In this document: positions 61,427 through 64,000 of the stretch, piece after piece
Position numbering within the stretch: position 1 is the stretch's first letter
How the letters are laid out: the number at the start of each line of letters is the position of its first letter
Source of the DNA: Dendrobates tinctorius
Taxonomy: Eukaryota
Length of the DNA stretch: 64,000 nucleotides
Direction: 5' to 3'
Assembly (NCBI RefSeq): GCF_039654945.1
Contig: NW_027361924.1
Location: forward strand, 10,354,001 to 10,418,000
Program-made: the position numbers and the translations under genes
Notes under the pieces: generated by a model
What the model saw: only the letters and a program-made list of their open reading frames with translations
Database searches by the model: none
What the model was told of the DNA's origin: nothing

Positions 61427-62586
61427 CTAGGAGCTAAAGAAATGTGGAAGGAAAAAAAATTAAGTTTTACTTTTTCCCATAAAAATGTTACTTTAACCCC
61501 AAATTTTGCATTTTCACAAGGGTAAGAGGAGAAAATGCACCATAAATTTTTTTTGTGTAATTTTTCCTGAGTACGCTGATGCCCCAAATACGGTAGAAAA
61601 CTACTGTTTGGGTGCACGGCACGGCTCTGAAGAGGACCGCCATTTGATTTTTGTAATGCAATATTGACTGGAACCAACAGCGGACGAAATGTTTCGTTTG
61701 GAGAGCCCTGATGTGCCTAAACAGTGGAAATCCCCCACAAGTGACCCCATTTTGGAAACTAGACCCCTCAAGGAATTTATCTAGATGTGTGGTGAGAACA
61801 TTGAAGCCTCAAGGGCTTCACAGAAGTTTATAACGCTGAGCCGTGGAAATAAAAAAATCACGTTTTCCCTGTAAAAATGTTGTTTTAGGCCCAATTTTTT
61901 TATTTTCACAAGATTAACGGGAGAAAATGGCCCACAAAATGTGTTGTGCAATTTCTCTTGAGTACGCCGATACCCAATATGAGGGGGAAAATTACTGTTT
62001 GGGCGAACAACAGGGTTCGGAAAGGAAGTAGTGGCCATGTAACCAACCCAGTAAATCGATGAAACCACCATGACGGAGATGAAGGGAATGTTAATAACTG
62101 CAGTCCTTTCATCGCGGGAAGGAGAGGTTTATTTCTCTAATGAAATTAATGGGGATCCAGGCAAATATCTAAGTGGAGAAAATTTATATCCCAAAACCAT
62201 ACATTTGTATTTGGCAAGTATCACAGACACCTATTAATGCAGCGGAGATGGGAAAGTTTGAGGGAATTTTACATATGTACATTCCTGATTGTGGGTTTAT
62301 AATGTCACACAATCCATGACAAGGACTCGTTTGAGTATCCGTTCCAAGATTACCTCAAGACTGACCGCTGTAGAATCTGCTGAGTTTTAGGGGCCAGTTA
62401 ATATTAATTAACAAGACATACTGGATCTTTAAAAGTGGATTTATTACAAATAGGATATTTACAATAACATACATAATGGAAACCTAAAGGAAAAGGGCAC
62501 AATGAAAGGGAAAACCTAATAGGAGAGGGTGATGGAGATGGGAAGTTGGAAGATGCCTAACTAGCTTGGTGTGCTACCTTTATATA

Positions 62587-62964
62587 CAGCTCTGGCAAAA
62601 ATTAAGAGACCACCACATCAAAACCCTGTCATGGGCAGCCCATTCTCCAGACCTGAACCCCATTAAAAACCTCTGGAATGTAATCAAGAGGATGAGGGAT
62701 AGTCACAAGCCATCACACAAAGAAGAACTGATTACAATTTTGCACCACAAGCAGTGTGAAAGACTGGTGGGAAGCATGAAAGCTGGGATTAACAATCATG
62801 GTTATTCCACAAAATATTGATTTCTGAACTCTTCCTAAGTTAAAACATTGGTATTGTTGTTTCTAAATGATTATGAACTTGTTTTTACATTTTACTCAAT
62901 AATATACCTATAAAGAGAAAAATCAGACAAACTGAACATGGTCTCTTAATTTTTGCCAGAGCTG
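62587..62964 (+). mobile_element. Internally deleted Tc1 element (378 bp) with perfect TIRs and TA TSD
   Basis: TA|CAGCTCTGGCAAAAATTAAGAGACCA...TGGTCTCTTAATTTTTGCCAGAGCTG|TA; contains WAAHSPDLNPIKNLW. Confidence 0.92.
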
Positions 62965-62980
62965 TATATATATATATATA

Positions 62981-64000
62981 TGGGTCGCCCTCACACCCAT
63001 GGCTGTGGGGTACTTGGTACCGGGCCCGATGGGCTCCAATGGGAGAGGTCATGGCAGCTGTGACCCGGCCCGTGGCCCTGGGTGCTCATTGTAAAAGGGG
63101 TTGTTTCAGTGTGCTTATGGTGATGAAAGTTTATAAGTGATTCGTGAGGCCACCTGTGGTGTTCGGCAATAGACATGTAAGCCGACGCTGCAGACAGATC
63201 CTCTGGGACAGATGGTGTGGTGCAGCAGTGATGTTATAGGCCTCCGCAGGCAGGGCTGGAGTCCCAGGGCAGTGTAGGTGAAGTGACACGTAGATCGTGT
63301 AGTGTCAGGCGCAGAGGTGGTGGCTGTGCTAGGCGGGATGGCGCAGGGAATAAGTGGAGGACATGTAGTTCCAAAGCTTTACTCACAGTCTGTAGTACAC
63401 ACAGGTGCCTGCCTCCGTGCCATGTCCTCCGGGTCAGGGACTCAGTCAACCTCCAGGCCAGATGGAATACTCCTTTCCAACACTCCGCCAACATGTGCCT
63501 TTTCTGAACGTCTCCTCTTATAGCGCCTTTAGATGAAGTACTCCTAGTACTGAGTTACACTGGAGATCCTCCTGTCCGATGTTCCTATGAACTCTACTTG
63601 TACGGCAGACAGCTGTAGCCTGCTTCGGGGACTTCTTGCTACTAAGTCCCGGCTCACTATCCAGTTGCTGTTGTGCCCCCAAGTCTTGTGTGGGAATAAA
63701 GTGGTCACTACTTCTATTCCTCCGCTGTCTGCTGCAGGACCATTAGTATCCGTACAACCTTGGGGACCAGGCCCCGGCCTTGCGCTTAGAACTTCTAGGA
63801 AGGGTTTTCTTCTAACCCACGTCCACTCCTCACGTTCCGTACTAATCCTTTCTATGGAGAGTCAGGCTTTCAGTCTATGTTGCTCTCTCTTCCTTTCCTG
63901 TGCCAGCAGACCCAGGTCACTGGGATCTGCCGCAGCACTTCCATCCATCTATCCCTCTCTCCAGGGATCTTCTTCTCTCCAACTCTCTAAACAACTGAGC
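62981..64000 (-). mobile_element. LTR, family A, copy 4 (truncated by the window end)
   Basis: Colinear reverse complement of about 6800-7848. Confidence 0.8.

Larger units (their letters stand above)
59045..62030. mobile_element. Non-autonomous DNA-transposon-like repeat, host of the nested LTR
   Basis: The AT-rich repeat is continuous across the LTR (…caggtgcatcatag | gagctaaag…) and has internal sub-repeats at 61440-62030. Family not determined. Confidence 0.45.

Overview
Vertebrate genomic DNA, most likely anuran (frog), judging from the repeat landscape. No prokaryotic system or CRISPR array is present. Five host genes were reconstructed from splice signals: ANTKMT/FAM173A (+, 5 coding exons, 215 aa), convergent with CCDC78 (-, 15 coding exons, about 560 aa, RFX X-box promoter); IGFALS (+, 2 exons, about 611 aa); and two divergently oriented, intronless 524-aa RING-Bbox-Bbox-coiled-coil-PRY/SPRY TRIM genes. 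The rest is repeats: an ~8.5-kb decayed Tx1-clade LINE inserted in a 61-bp minisatellite with a target duplication, four solo-LTR-like elements of one family plus one unrelated, L1, CR1, Rex1 and L2 fragments, Tc1 remnants, MITEs, about ten minisatellite arrays and one N gap. Best leads: (1) the two TRIMs form a mosaic of near-identical scaffold blocks and highly diverged coiled-coil and SPRY loops, and only one carries an ISRE-like element; (2) the Tx1 element may target a specific minisatellite; (3) a minimal hammerhead ribozyme lies just downstream of the second TRIM; (4) a 3-kb CTCF-like 33-bp array sits between the TRIMs. All of this was read by eye, with no database searches.
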